NCBI RefSeq assembly: GCF_902652985.1 | Contig: NC_047020.1 | Location: 27,156,001 to 27,220,000, forward strand | From: Pecten maximus | Taxonomy: Eukaryota | Length of the DNA stretch: 64,000 bases | Direction of reading: 5' to 3' | Shown: piece by piece, positions 38,490-52,318 of the stretch | How positions within the stretch are numbered: the stretch's first letter is position 1 | Layout of the letters: each line of letters opens with the position of its first letter | Program-made: the position numbers and the translations under genes | The notes under the pieces: model-generated | What the model was told of the DNA's origin: nothing | What the model saw: the letters and a program-made list of their open reading frames with translations, nothing else | The model's database searches: none

Positions 38490-41025
38490 TCAAGGACTCC
38501 ATTTATAAAACCATTCAGAAGGGGGTCTTTACCACAACCAAGGACTCCCTTTATAAAACCATTCATAAGGGGGTCTTTACCGCAACCAGGGACTCCCTTT
38601 ATAAAACCATTCAGAAGGGGGTCTTTACCACAGCGAAGTACTCCCTTTATAAAACCATTCAGAAGGGGGTCTTTACCGCAACCAAGGACTCCATTTATAA
38701 AACCATTCAGAAGGGGGTCTTTACCGCAACCAAGGACTCCATTTATAAAACCATTCAGAAGGGGGTCTTTACCGCAACCAAGGACTCCATTTATAAAACC
38801 ATTCAGAAGGGGGTCTTTACCGCAACCAGGGACTCCCTTTATAAAACCATTCAGAAGGGGGTCTTTACCGCAACCAAGGACTCCATTTATAAAACCATTC
38901 AGAAGGGGGTCTTTACCACAGCGAAGTACTCCATTTATAAAACCATTCAGAAGGGGGTCTTTACCGCAACCAGGGTCTCCCTTTATAAAACCATTCAGAA
39001 GGGGGTCTTTACCACAGCGAAGTACTCCATTTATAAAACCATTCAGAAGGGGGTCTTTACCGCAACCAAGGACTCCATTTATAAAACCATTCAGAAGGGG
39101 GTCTTTACCGCAACCAGGGACTCCATTTATAAAACCATTCAGAAGGGGGTCTTTACCGCAACCAAGGACTCCCTTTATAAAACCATTCAGAAGGGGGTCT
39201 TTACCACAGCGAAGTACTCCCTTTATAAAACCATTCAGAAGGGGGTCTTTACCGCAACCAAGGACTCCATTTATAAAACCATTCAGAAGGGGGTCTTTAC
39301 CGCAACCAAGGACTCCATTTATAAAACCATTCAGAAGGGGGTCTTTACCGCAACCAAGGACTCCATTTATAAAACCATTCAGAAGGGGGTCTTTACCGCA
39401 ACCAGGGACTCCCTTTATAAAACCATTCAGAAGGGGGTCTTTACCGCAACCAAGGACTCCATTTATAAAACCATTCAGAAGGGGGTCTTTACCACAGCGA
39501 AGTACTCCATTTATAAAACCATTCAGAAGGGGGTCTTTACCGCAACCAGGGTCTCCCTTTATAAAACCATTCAGAAGGGGGTCTTTACCGCAACCAGTGT
39601 CTCCCTTTATAAAACCATTCAGAAGGGGGTCTTTACCGCAACCAAGGACTCCCTTTATAAAACCATTCAGAAGGGGGTCTTTACCGCAACCAGGGTCTCC
39701 CTTTATAAAACCATTCAGAAGGGGGTCTTTACCGCAACCAAGGACTCCCTTTATAAAACCATTCAGAAGGGGGTCTTTACCGCAACCAAGGACTCCATTT
39801 ATAAAACCATTCAGAAGGGGGTCTTTACCGCAACCAAGGACTCCATTTATAAAACCATTCAGAAGGGGGTCTTTACCGCAACCAAGGACTCCATTTATAA
39901 AACCATTCAGAAGGGGGTCTTTACCGCAACCAAGGACTCCCTTTATAAAACCATTCAGAAGGGGGTCTTTACCGCAACCAAGGACTCCATTTATAAAACC
40001 ATTCAGAAGGGGGTCTTTACCGCAACCAAGGACTCCATTTATAAAACCATTCAGAAGGGGGTCTTTACCGCAACCAAGGACTCCATTTATAAAACCATTC
40101 AGAAGGGGGTCTTTACCGCAACCAGGGACTCCATTTATAAAACCATTCAGAAGGGGGTCTTTACCGCAACCAAGGACTCCATTTATAAAACCATTCAGAA
40201 GGGGGTCTTTACCACAGCGAAGTACTCCCTTTATAAAACCATTCAGAAGGGGGTCTTTACCACAGCGAAGTACTCCCTTTATAAAACCATTCAGAAGGGG
40301 GTCTTTACCACAGCGAAGTACTCCCTTTATAAAACCATTCAGAAGGGGGTCTTTACCGCAACCAGGGTCTCCCTTTATAAAACCATTCAGAAGGGGGTCT
40401 TTACCGCAACCAGGGACTCCGTTTATAAAACCATTCAGAAGGGGGTCTTTACCGCAACCAGGGACTCCCTTTATAAAAGCCATTCATAAGGGGGTCTTTA
40501 CCGCAACAAAGGACTCCATTTATAAAACCATTCAGAAGGAGGTCTTTACCGCAACCAGGGACTCCCTTTATAAAAGCCATTCATAAGGGGGTCTTTACCG
40601 CAACAAAGGACTCCATTTATAAAACCATTCAGAAGGGGGTCTTTACCACAGCGAAGTACTCCATTTATAAAACCATTCAGAAGGGGGTCTTTACCGCAAC
40701 CAGGGACTCCCTTTATAAAACCATTCAGAAGGGGGTCTTTACCGCAACCAGGGACTCCCTTTATAAAACCATTCAGAAGGGGGTCTTTACCGCAACCAGG
40801 GACTCCCTTTATAAAACCATTCAGAAGGGGGTCTTTACCGCAACCAGTGTCTCCCTTTATAAAACCATTCAGAAGGGGGTCTTTACCGCAACCAGTGTCT
40901 CCCTTTATAAAACCATTCAGAAGGGGGTCTTTACCGCAACCAGGGTCTCCCTTTTTCAAGTTTTTCAGAAGGGGGTCTTTACCACAACCAGGGACTCCCT
41001 TTTTAAAGTTTTTCAGAAGGGGGTC
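38490..41025. repeat. 48-bp minisatellite, ~53 copies
   Basis: Unit ttataaaaccattcagaagggggtctttaccgcaaccaaggactccat with a variable segment. Confidence 0.97.
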
Positions 41026-42907
41026 CACTATATACTGGTAAACTTTTCCCGTTCCATCTACTTGATTAGTGATTTTCTGAACCTGTTTGTAACTTATGAC
41101 AAATTACTTAACCGGATCATATTGATTTGTTAACATTGATCAGTAACTTTTCCATTTTTATTAACTGGTAAGTTTTCTCCCCCCTCTGTAGCATCCGTAC
41201 CAGGGTAATCTATCATCCTGTATTCGACCATTCAATAATGTACCTCAGTGAGCATAGCTACATATCATACATTTTTTTCTACATCTTTGAAATTTTAAAA
41301 ACTTTTTGAGCCCCGCATCTCTGTTGGGACATGGCCTCATATATATAAGTGTAATTCAGTGGATCGATGGCCATGGTGATACGCTATCTATGTTCTGACC
41401 CACATGTTCCTGTGAGAACTGGGCAGAGGTAACATCAAAAAGTCACATTAAGTTATACATTATATGTTACGGACATCCCCTGTTGCTTTCATTACCTTTA
41501 TATTGATTTTCCAGTTCACACACTATCGACCTAAACACCCAGCATTAAACTTATTAAATAAACATTTATTGAATTTTCAAATAATCTCCCATTGAGTCGT
41601 CCATTATTTGGAATTTTTTTGTCTATAATGTTTGTGAATAAAAAGGATAATAAAGGTTATTTTTGTCTGACATTTCTTTAAACAAGCTGAATCAACAAAT
41701 AACTTTATCTATTTCATGAAAAAAAAATATACAATTTCTTTTTCCTCAAGCCTATCCCTACTTCATTCTAGTCAACATTAAATGTCCTCTAAATCTTCAG
41801 ATCTAAAAATATTTCTGATAAAAACATTGTTTTTTACTTGTTACAATATGTTGCCTGTTGTTGACCAATTGGCACCAATTGGCTCTCTAATGACGCAGGA
41901 GCACATGTAGGTCATTCAACAAGAAGAAACTGTTACGTGTTGTTTTTCACCTGTACTTAATCTTAATTAGTATATATTACCTGCTTTCACTGTCATCCAT
42001 CCTGCTCTGAATTACCAGGATTTTCTTGTGAAGTGACCATCTGTAGCAGCTTTTTTCCACATGCTAAAATACCTTAAGATTGTTTCAATGGCCACAATTA
42101 GTAGACAATACGAAGGTAGATAGTCCAAAAGCCAGGTATTATGGCCGGCGGTAATGACTAGCAAGATGGGCCCAGCTTTGTCCCCAGTGAGCCACTACAT
42201 TCAATGATATTATCCCTAATATAAACGTCATTGTCCTGGTGCGAGGCGCTGGCTAGTGTTTGTGCAGGGTATTTGTAGGGGGTGTATTACTCCATAGACT
42301 TTATATATTGGGAACTAATCTAATTGACAGTGTAGTTTTCTGTACAAGAACAAACCTAATCCAATCAAAAATTACTTACTCATACGACCAACTATGTGGA
42401 GGAATTCGACGAGGCTCGCGAGACCAAAAGTCAACATTTACCAAGGTGAGGCCCAGGAACTCCACTTTATGATGTTACCATTTTTGCGGAATTCACTGAA
42501 GACAATTTCTACCTCTTTGACCAAAGGAACAAGTGGATCATTTTAAATCTAAAAAGCAAACTAACGATCGTGTGACCTGATTGTGAAATACTTCCCATAG
42601 TAAACATATCTGAGAGTGGGCGATTAATTGTTTACAATAATCACACACACACACCGTCATATTAACAAACAGAGACACTAAAGTGGATTGTTATAGAGAA
42701 TTAAGACTATATCATATACAACCAATTTTCAGCAGGATCAAATTAAGAGCTTCACTATGGTTCATTGAATCTGCAACTTTAAATGCAACAAAATCAAATT
42801 TACACAAGCCTTACATTTATAAAATGTAACTTGAATTGTAAAGACATTTTCAAGTGTATGCATTTCTTGATCATAGGAATAAAGCATTGGCCATCAGAGA
42901 GAACTCT

Positions 42908-43130
42908 GATCATAAGAGAGCAATCATGATTGCATGGGAGAAATCCTGATCATAAGAGAGCAATCATGATTGCATGGGAGAAATCCTTATCGTAAGAGAG
43001 CAATCATGATTGCATGGGAGAAATCCTTATCATAAGAGAGCAATCATGATTGCATGGGAGAAATCCTTATCATAAGAGGGCAATCATGATTGCATGTGAG
43101 AAATCATGATTTCATGAGAGAAATTTTGAT
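42908..43130. repeat. 40-bp tandem repeat (~5 copies) with an internal 14-bp palindrome, decaying rightwards
   Basis: Unit gatcataagagagcaatcatgattgcatgggagaaatcct. Confidence 0.9.
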
Positions 43131-46100
43131 CATAAGTGAGAAATCATGATCAAAGAAGAGAAATGATGGCAAGTGCCAAATCTTGATTAAGAGATAAAAT
43201 CATAGAAGAGAAATCCGGATCTCAAGAAACAAATGCTGATTATAGGACAGAAATTTCAAAAGAAGAAATCCTGATCTCAAGAAGGAAATCTTATAGGAAA
43301 GAAATTCTGATCAGGCGAATTAGCCCAGTTGAGGAGAAACGTCAATGAAAAGGCCTGAGGGAGTCTTCCTCTCCACATATTACTGTCTAAATCAATTTCC
43401 ACCTATCACTCAGATATCAATAAACGCTAAGGATTTCTTTAGCCACATTGACAGATTAATAATTCAAATTCTTCTCAATAAAATGTCATCACTTCACAGT
43501 TCAATGACAGATCTTCATAACCTGCACAGATATGGAATGTCATTTGTATTCAAATGGTTTGTGTGTATAGATATGCACCTTACCACCCCAGATTATACAT
43601 CTGTAAGGGCAAAACTTTCTCAGCAAACTAGGACGCCCAACTTGTAATCATTGTACATGGATGACTTCGATTTATTGTGGATCTGTAGCAGGTGATCGTC
43701 CAGCACTACAACACATCCTTAACTAACGATTTAGTCTGATTTACAGACGGAACAGTCACTCAAATTAAACGCCAACCCTGACTTTAAACTCACAGCCAAA
43801 GACAACGGACTGACAGAGTAATAACCATCATTATCGTACTGTGATTTAAAAACGGTTATGCATGGAAAGGGTACGGAACATTATCAGAAGACACAATAGT
43901 ATTGATAATGGTTAAGATTGATCTTGGTCTGATACATGTTTCGGTCAATACCTGTTGGGTCATACCTGGCTTACAGCATCGTGAATTATTAATCTGACAC
44001 GCATTGTTAACGGTACATACTATAAGAATACATTACGATGTGTGATAAACAGTTCTATAGACATACCGTTTCTATTCCCACCAGCCATAGAAATGTCCTA
44101 AACGTTCCATCGTAAAATATAACACACTCCACTGCAGCCATTTTGTTACCATAGTAACGCATCAACAGCGTACCTGAGGATGATTTTTATGTACCAGGTA
44201 AGTTTTATGTACCTGTCCGGAGCACGTGTATAAATACAACTCCATTAGTGTTTTCTCCAGACTCCACTGCTGTACATATTATCAATAGTCCTCACAGCAC
44301 TTCAGAAGGAACTCCACATTATAACTCGGTGCTCTATCAAATACACGGTTCTTCATTACCAAAGTTCCAACAACACATTAAAAGGTCAACATTATCTTAA
44401 GAAAGCTATTCCTGTTTAGAAATTTCACATTTCTTCAACCATTTACTTAGAATTCTGTTCACTTTGTCAGAAAAGCTGGCGTTCCGGAGGCGGGCTTAGC
44501 ACACATTTGTGACCACAGCGGTATTGATGAGCGGAGGTATTTGGACTCCTCCCTCCCAGCCTAGCAGTGCCTGACATGTATTGTCCAACTAACTACCTAC
44601 TACTTAATTCACACGACTACTGGTACAGCAGGAGCCATTGCCGAATCTTTGCTCCTCATTGTACAACAAAAATCTAATTAACTTCTAATACAGATATATA
44701 AAATATATTACAAAAGTAATTTTGTTTTAAATACTCCAATTCTGTGTAGACTGTCTGTTTCACCAAGTTCTGTTGCATTTGGTTAAAACATTAGAGGAAG
44801 ACTAAATCAAGAGTCACCTGTCGTAAGTTGACTTATCTTTTCAACATGTCGTGATGACTTGGTGTTTGTCACTGTTAAAAGACTTGATCAATGTACTTCA
44901 TCAAACGTCTGGAGATATTAGTATTTACTTACTTCAATAAACAGGCCTTGTGGGGAGGGCCATTCTTTCCTTACAATTCCAAAGTTTGGTAGCCTGCTGG
45001 GAGTATCCTTAGACAGTCCCTTCAGATCAGCCGTTTGTATATTGCTCAGTAGGAATCTAGATATAGTAATTCTTCGAATTGTTACAAAAATACACCAACA
45101 AACACAGCTTCTATACTTAGTTTAAAACATATTTATTTTTGTGAAATGAGAAACAAACTTTTCGACTTTTACTACTCCGTCTCCACAGGGCCTACTGTAC
45201 CAATATAACAAAACTCTGTTTTGGTAACAAGAAATGCTAGGGACAAAAACCTTGGCTCTGAACAAAGGGCTGTCAGTTTTTATCATAACCTCACAAATGT
45301 GCACATGTAAATCTGTAGAGTCTAGAGAGGAGACGATAAGAAAACATTCATGACACCTCTACCTATAGAGAAAGAACCTACATAAACTTATAACAAAGAT
45401 ATATGTCAAGTGAACACATTAAAACTATTATTTAGATCGATTCTTCTTTGCAGATTTCTCTACTTTCTAAGCTTATTTAAATGGAACGATCATTTGTTAT
45501 TGAGTTTGGCTTTGATCCTGTAACACCCCATAACCTCTGTCAACCCTCCAAACCCTTGAACCTAAACCCCTAGCGAGCCGTCACACCTAAACATAAGGCT
45601 CTTTCTGATCCCCACAAAGGTTCCTGATGACTACCCAAGGTCAATTCACACTTTGGCCAATGGTCAGCTAATGGTCATTAGCACTGATGACCAGTTAGCC
45701 TTTTATACCTGTGTTAGTGAAGTTGTTGGTTCGATTTGTCATTGTCCTATCTTTACAGTAGAAGTTGTCTGGTAAATGCTTCAGACCCCAAAGTCATCAG
45801 TAACTGGTGACACAGTCATCTTTCAGTGTCCACCGTCCCCCCACCCATTCCATTCTCAAATCTCGCCAGTCGCCATTTTGTCACCTTTCTCTTTAGAAAT
45901 TTTACTATTTAATTAATCTTCGAGTAGCATTCTGTCCAGTAAGGACCTGGAAATTTGTAAATTAAAAGCCAGATGTTTCAAAGCGTGACATTCCTTAAGA
46001 GAGAGCAGTTAGCTTGGTAAGTGATGGGTATGTACAGACAAATATTGGCCATTTATAAAATGTTACACCAGAAGATTAATGTAATCAGCCTCAAAGACTT

Positions 46101-49100
46101 GTTCTACCAAACAATTGATTAATGAGGAGATCACAAATCTTGTAGGCTGGACAGGATACTGCCGCTTGACTATCAGGATTTAAAGGGGGAGATAACCCAT
46201 CTAAGATAAAATGGTGAGGAACTATCAATATTACTTGGTATTAGATATTTCTCCTGATACTTATTATGACCTTTTGGAATCTAAAAGAAACTTTGAACAA
46301 GGATGTTTTAAATAAAACTTTTAATTTCCGTGTATTTATTGACCAACTGATTAAGCAAGATCAATAAAGAGTTGAGATGGACCGAATTTGAGACAAAGAC
46401 AATATGTGACTTTGACCTTTGACATATTCACACATTCCGTAGCAGACACACTTTATTGGTTATAAATATCATCACAGGGTGATTTATGTGAAAAAACAAG
46501 TTTTACGGACTCCATATATAGAAGGCATGCTTTTAGCTACATGATGATTTTGTTTCCAAATGCGCAGTCCTCGTATATTACGGCCCTCAGTATTACGTTA
46601 CTGTACATCTGTAGACCTTCAGATAGAATCTAGTGGAGCAAATATCAACTTTCTAGTGTTTACAGAAACAAACGCTTTTTAAAAAAAAAGTGAAATTACC
46701 CGAACTACCTAATATATCAATATACACAGTACAAAAGACAAGCCATTTACTAAATATAGACTACACAGCTATCACAAGATATCTTATGATGATATGGACT
46801 CGTGTGAAAAGGATAAATTGGCCAGTGATATTGACATGTGTCTTACATAATGTTTCACAGTAAATTTACATTTTCATGACCAATTGTGATTTTTCTAGGC
46901 GTCCTTTTAAGGTGCAATTAACTGGAAATGAAATTGTCTGAGGGAAACCTTTCGAACTGTCTAACTTTTCAATGTTTTTTAACTTTCAGTAGCATTTAAC
47001 GACTTAAGTACAAGGCTCTCCTCAATTAGATTTCATCTCATTGGACAACAGGCTGTGTTTACAGAAGAAAGGGCAGGAACTGGATTTAAATGGTGGAATA
47101 CCAGACTCAATCCAAAAATAGCAAAAACAAACATAGTTGTTATCATAGATGTGTTTTTATTGATCATATATTTAATACACACTAGGATTTTCTATATTTC
47201 AGCATCTCAGTTACAAAACAATTTATTTGTTGAAACATACATTTTGAAATTTTCTATACCCTTATTGATCATTCATTACATTAGATGAACATGCTAATGC
47301 TTTGCTGAATTTTTCTTTTTCTGCTAAAAACTGATTTTGTACAATGTAATTTTCCACTTAGTGGGCAATTATGGAAGGAAATACGGTAAATGAAGCGTCA
47401 GTGATGTAGACAATACCAGTTCTACCAAACAAAGGCTGGTGTCATTCTAACTTTTACAAATAATTTCATTATTGTGGTAGCGTGAGGTCCCTATCAGATC
47501 CCATACTCACGAAGCTACAATGAGTCTCGCCTGTGAACGGTGTTCCACCTTGGCACGGGATTGTTGTACGGAGGTGTTTAAACCATTTGTCAACCAATTT
47601 AAGCATTGATAACATTATACAGTAAGGTGATCAAAATTATTTGACACAGGATCAAATTTTCAAAAAAATTCAGCGAGTCAGTTATTAAATATTTAACAGG
47701 TTTGTTAATTGGTGGCCATCAATGGTAAGTGTATGATACATCTGATAGGTACGTGTTGGGTAAGTGTCAGCGGTGTACCTACCCACAGTACGACCTACAC
47801 TGTTCAACCTCTGATATACAAGATCTCAGATAGGATTTGGTTTTTACTGATCGACGCTACAAAGTGGCAGGGTGGAATTTAGAATCAAAGGCTGTATGTA
47901 GTTTACAATAAACAAAAGGACCAATATTTAATTCTTATTTTTTAACTTCTTATGATATTTGCACTTCTTAAGACATCTGCTTCAAATGTCGAGTAATCTA
48001 ACATCATTTTTCTGGTCATAGAATAACAAAATCTCTTAACATAGAAAACATTGTATTCTATCTAAGGATTGAATTTCCTTTAATACCCTATTGACTAAAA
48101 TAGTTAAAATACTTATCATCTATAAATAATTAAGGAATTTCACAGAAGCAACCTCTAGAACATTTGACAGGAAATGACTGATTTTAGAATATTCAATAAG
48201 AACATTGTTAAAATGTAGAAATTCTATGCTACTGTAAACAGCTACTCGGAATATCAGCAGCTCACAGAAATGGTATCCCATATAATGCAATATATTGATG
48301 AATATTACCGAATGATCTAGGTTTTTTTGTGTGTGTATATAATTAGTGAGAAATAAGAGTCATATGTACCGGAAGCCGAACTAGAGGTACAACTGCTCAA
48401 AGGCTGTAGGCAGTTGACCAATCATGTCTGATGCGGTCATGAACCGGCCAAATTGGGCGAAGGCTTGCTTGTTGCTTTGTCTGGTCAGGAGACAGGCGGC
48501 GTAGGCAGCTGTTATAGTGGGGCCAAACGCCAAAAACAGCTCACTGAAAATACAAAAAAAGGACACATAATTAGTACATGGGATACATTCATGTATATTC
48601 CAGAGTCAAATACTGGAGAGTCTGGGTGCCTTTGTTGAGAGACATTGTTAAATATTTGGTTATCACGTCTCTGTACCTCTTTCTCCTTCTCTAAGTTTCT
48701 CTTTGGTTTTGCCGACCTTTAAAAAAGAAGATTATTTAACAGGACCTACATGGACAAATCCATCACTGAATCCCAACTCCCTCTAACCTAATCACATCCG
48801 ATATACTGCCAATTTGCTTTAACAGACTTACAATTGATGCAGAATTAGTCTTTCTAAATGCATCACCAACAGAAGTAACCTTCTAATTGTGTTACAAGGA
48901 AGGCAGTAATGTAGTGGGTTTTTTGTTGTTACCAAAAAAAGTACAATGGATATGTTTTAATTTTTTTGGTTAGGAGGTAAGAAATTAAGTGTACTTTTAC
49001 GTTCAAAATACATGTAATGGTGGAGGGAACACCATAAATAGATTAGCCTGCTTACAACAAATGGTGATGAGTTTCCAGTCGTAACGAAGATACCAAATTG

Positions 49101-49139
49101 GCATTGTCTATATCACAACTATAATATTGATTACTCCAC

Positions 49140-49310
49140 ATACAATCCCAAACAACAGGCCCAAAGTAAAAGTATGATCAACATAACTCTCCCAAGCAAC
49201 AGGCCCAAAGGGCATGTATCACTAAAATTACACTCCCAAACAACAGGCCCATGGGACATGTATCTTAAACATTACACTCCCAAACAATAGGCCTAAGGGA
49301 CATGTATCAT
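49140..49310. repeat. Degenerate ~43-bp tandem repeat, 4 copies
   Basis: tcccaaacaacaggccca...atgtatc recurs. Confidence 0.7.
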
Positions 49311-49633
49311 CATGAGTAAGGCCTGGCTGTTATAAGGAGAACAATAGTTAAGGAGGCCTGATTGTTTATAGGAAAACTACGGTAAGTGAAACTTGGTTAT
49401 TATTAGGATAATTATAGACTGGCCCCCTGTCTCCAGATTATCAAAAACATCAATAAAACTGAGCTGTATGATTTTGGTCTCTAGGACATGTCTGATTCTA
49501 GAGACCCTAAGTTTCAAACCAAGATGAGATAATCTAGTATAAGAATTTAGCAGAGAAACCTTTAACAAAAAACTTAGAGGCTGGTGGCTAGCTTAGGAGA
49601 ACTACAGTAAGTTTGATTAGGGTATTATCACTA

Positions 49634-51514
49634 AGTGAGTCCGACCTGAGTGTAACATTAGAAACACTATGGTATTGGATAGTGAGTCCGACCTGAGTGT
49701 AACATTAGAAACACTACGGTATTGGATAGTGAGTCCGACCTGAGTGTAACGTTAGAAACACTATGGTATTGGATAGCGAGTCCCACCTGAGTGTAACGTT
49801 AGAAACACTATGGTATTGGATCGTGAGTCCCACCTGAGTGTAACATTAGAAACACTATGGTATTGGATCGTGAGTCCCACTTGAGTGTAACATTAGAAAC
49901 ACTACGGTATTGGATAGTGAGTCCCACCTGAGTGTAACATTAGAAACACTATGGTATTGGATAGTGAGTCCCACCTGAGTGTAACATTAGAAACACTATG
50001 GTATTGGATAGTGAGTCCGACCTGAGTGTAACATTAGAAACACTATGGTATTGGATAGTGAGTCCGACCTCAGTGTAACATTAGAAACACTATGGTATTG
50101 GATAGTGAGTCCACCTGGGTGTAACATTAGAAACACTACGGTATTGGATAGTGAGTCCGACCTGAGTGTAACATTAGAAACACTATGGTATTGGATAGTG
50201 AGTCCCACCTCAGTGTAACATTAGAAACACTATGGTATTGGATAGTGAGTCCGACCTGAGTGTAACATTAGAAACACTACGGTATTGGATAGTGAGTCCG
50301 ACCTGAGTGTAACATTAGAAACACTACGGTATTGGATAGTGAGTCCCACCTGAGTGTAACGTTAGAAACACTATGGTATTGGATAGTGAGTCCCACCTGA
50401 GTGTAACATTAGAAACACTATGGTATTGGATAGTGAGTCCCACCTGAGTGTAACATTAGAAACACTATGGTATTGGATAGTGAGTCCGACCTGAGTGTAA
50501 CATTAGAAACACTATGGTATTGGATAGTGAGTCCCACCTGGGTGTAACATTAGAAACACTATGGTATTGGATAGTGAGTCCCACCTGGGTGTAACATTAG
50601 AGACACTATGGTATTGGATAGTGAGTCCGACCTGAGTGTAACGTTAGAAACACTATGGTATTGGATAGTGAGTCCCACCTGAGTGTAACATTAGAAACAC
50701 TATGGTATTGGATAGTGAGTCCCACCTGAGTGTAACGTTAGAAACACTATGGTATTGGATAGTGAGTCCGACCTGAGTGTAACGTTAGAAACACTATGGT
50801 ATTGGATAGTGAGTCCCACCTGAGTGTAACATTAGAAACACTATGGTATTGGATAGTGAGTCCGACCTGAGTGTAACATTAGAAACACTATGGTATTGGA
50901 TAGTGAGTCCCACCTGAGTGTAACATTAGAAACACTACGGTATTGGATAGTGAGTCCCACCTGAGTGTAACATTAGAGACACTACGGTATTGGATAGTGA
51001 GTCCGACCTGAGTGTAACATTAGAAACACTATGGTATTGGATAGTGAGTCCCACCTGAGTGTAACATTAGAAACACTACGGTATTGGATAGTGAGTCCCA
51101 CCTGAGTGTAACATTAGAGACACTACGGTATTGGATAGTGAGTCCGACCTGAGTGTAACATTAGAAACACTATGGTATTGGATAGTGAGTCCCACCTGGG
51201 TGTAACATTAGAAACACTATGGTATTGGATAGTGAGTCCGACCTGAGTGTAACGTTAGAGACACTACGGTATTGGATAGTGAGTCCGACCTGGGTGTAAC
51301 GTTAGAGACACTACGGTATTGGATAGTGAGTCAGACCTGGGTGTAACGTTAGAGACACTATGGTATTGGATAGTGAGTCCGACCTGAGTGTAACATTAGA
51401 GACACTACGGTATTGGATAGTGAGTCCAACCTGAGTGTAACATTAGAGACACTATGGTATTGGATAGTGAGTCCGACCTGAGTGTAACATTAGAGACACT
51501 ATGGTATTGGATAG
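49634..51514. repeat. 47-bp minisatellite, ~40 copies
   Basis: Unit agtgagtcc(g/c)acctgagtgtaacattagaaacactatggtattggat. Confidence 0.97.
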
Positions 51515-52161
51515 TCACTGCTTGTCACAACAGCCGTAACAGCTACACATTAACAGACTTCCACAAAAGTATTCAGGCTATTTAGCAAAACTTTTAAGTC
51601 ATTATAAAAATGGGGATGAAATGAGAGTCAAACGTGACATGCATTTAACAATACGATATCTGATTGGTCTGTAAGAAGGCAAGTGAAACTCAGGTCACAA
51701 AAGGTCAGAATTAAGGGGAAAATATAGCACAAATGTGATTTATATGATTTCTATAAGGTTCCCTCCAGGGGTGGAATGACGAGGAAATCAGAGCTAGCAC
51801 TTACCGGAAAAGGTATCGGCCATTTTCATTATCATTTATGGGGTAACAAATGGTCAGTGATTAATGAAATTACTCCCTTGGAAAATGACAGGCTTTAATA
51901 AGGTGACTGTTTCTGACCACTGGTCAGTATGACAATGTCCACTTTTCTATTGGTCGAAATGTCATTAGCATGTTTGATGATAAATGGCATGCTGTGATAT
52001 CTGGAATTTTACACTAAGCTGCAGTTTAAAGAGCAGTGGCGATGGTACTGCCTCTGGACAGTGGACATACTGTATTTGACCTAATAAGCACAACCCATCT
52101 TTTTTATAGAATTGCTATAATTGGAACATAAAAAACGTTCCTCACTGATCTTCAGTCTTTT

Positions 52162-52318
52162 AACCAAAGATTTTGAGTTGTTTTAGCCTTCCTAAAGGTG
52201 TCTTTATGAAAAACGAACCCTTACAATGTCAGTAGAACCAAAGATTGTGAATTGTTTTAGCCTTCCTAAAGGTGTCTTTATCGAAAAACAACCCTTACAA
52301 TGTCACTATAGAACCAAA
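52162..52318. repeat. Tandem duplication of ~75 bp
   Basis: aaccaaagatt...ttgttttagccttcctaaaggtgtcttta...acccttacaatgtca twice. Confidence 0.8.

Noticed and set aside
38456-41041. 675/668/329/160-aa ORFs
   Set aside because: Pure 16-aa periodicity from a 48-bp tandem repeat, open on both strands, with no non-repeat domain or splice context.
2129-51514. Tandem arrays as CRISPR-like loci
   Set aside because: Units are contiguous with no unique spacers, there are no cas-like ORFs, and the context is eukaryotic.
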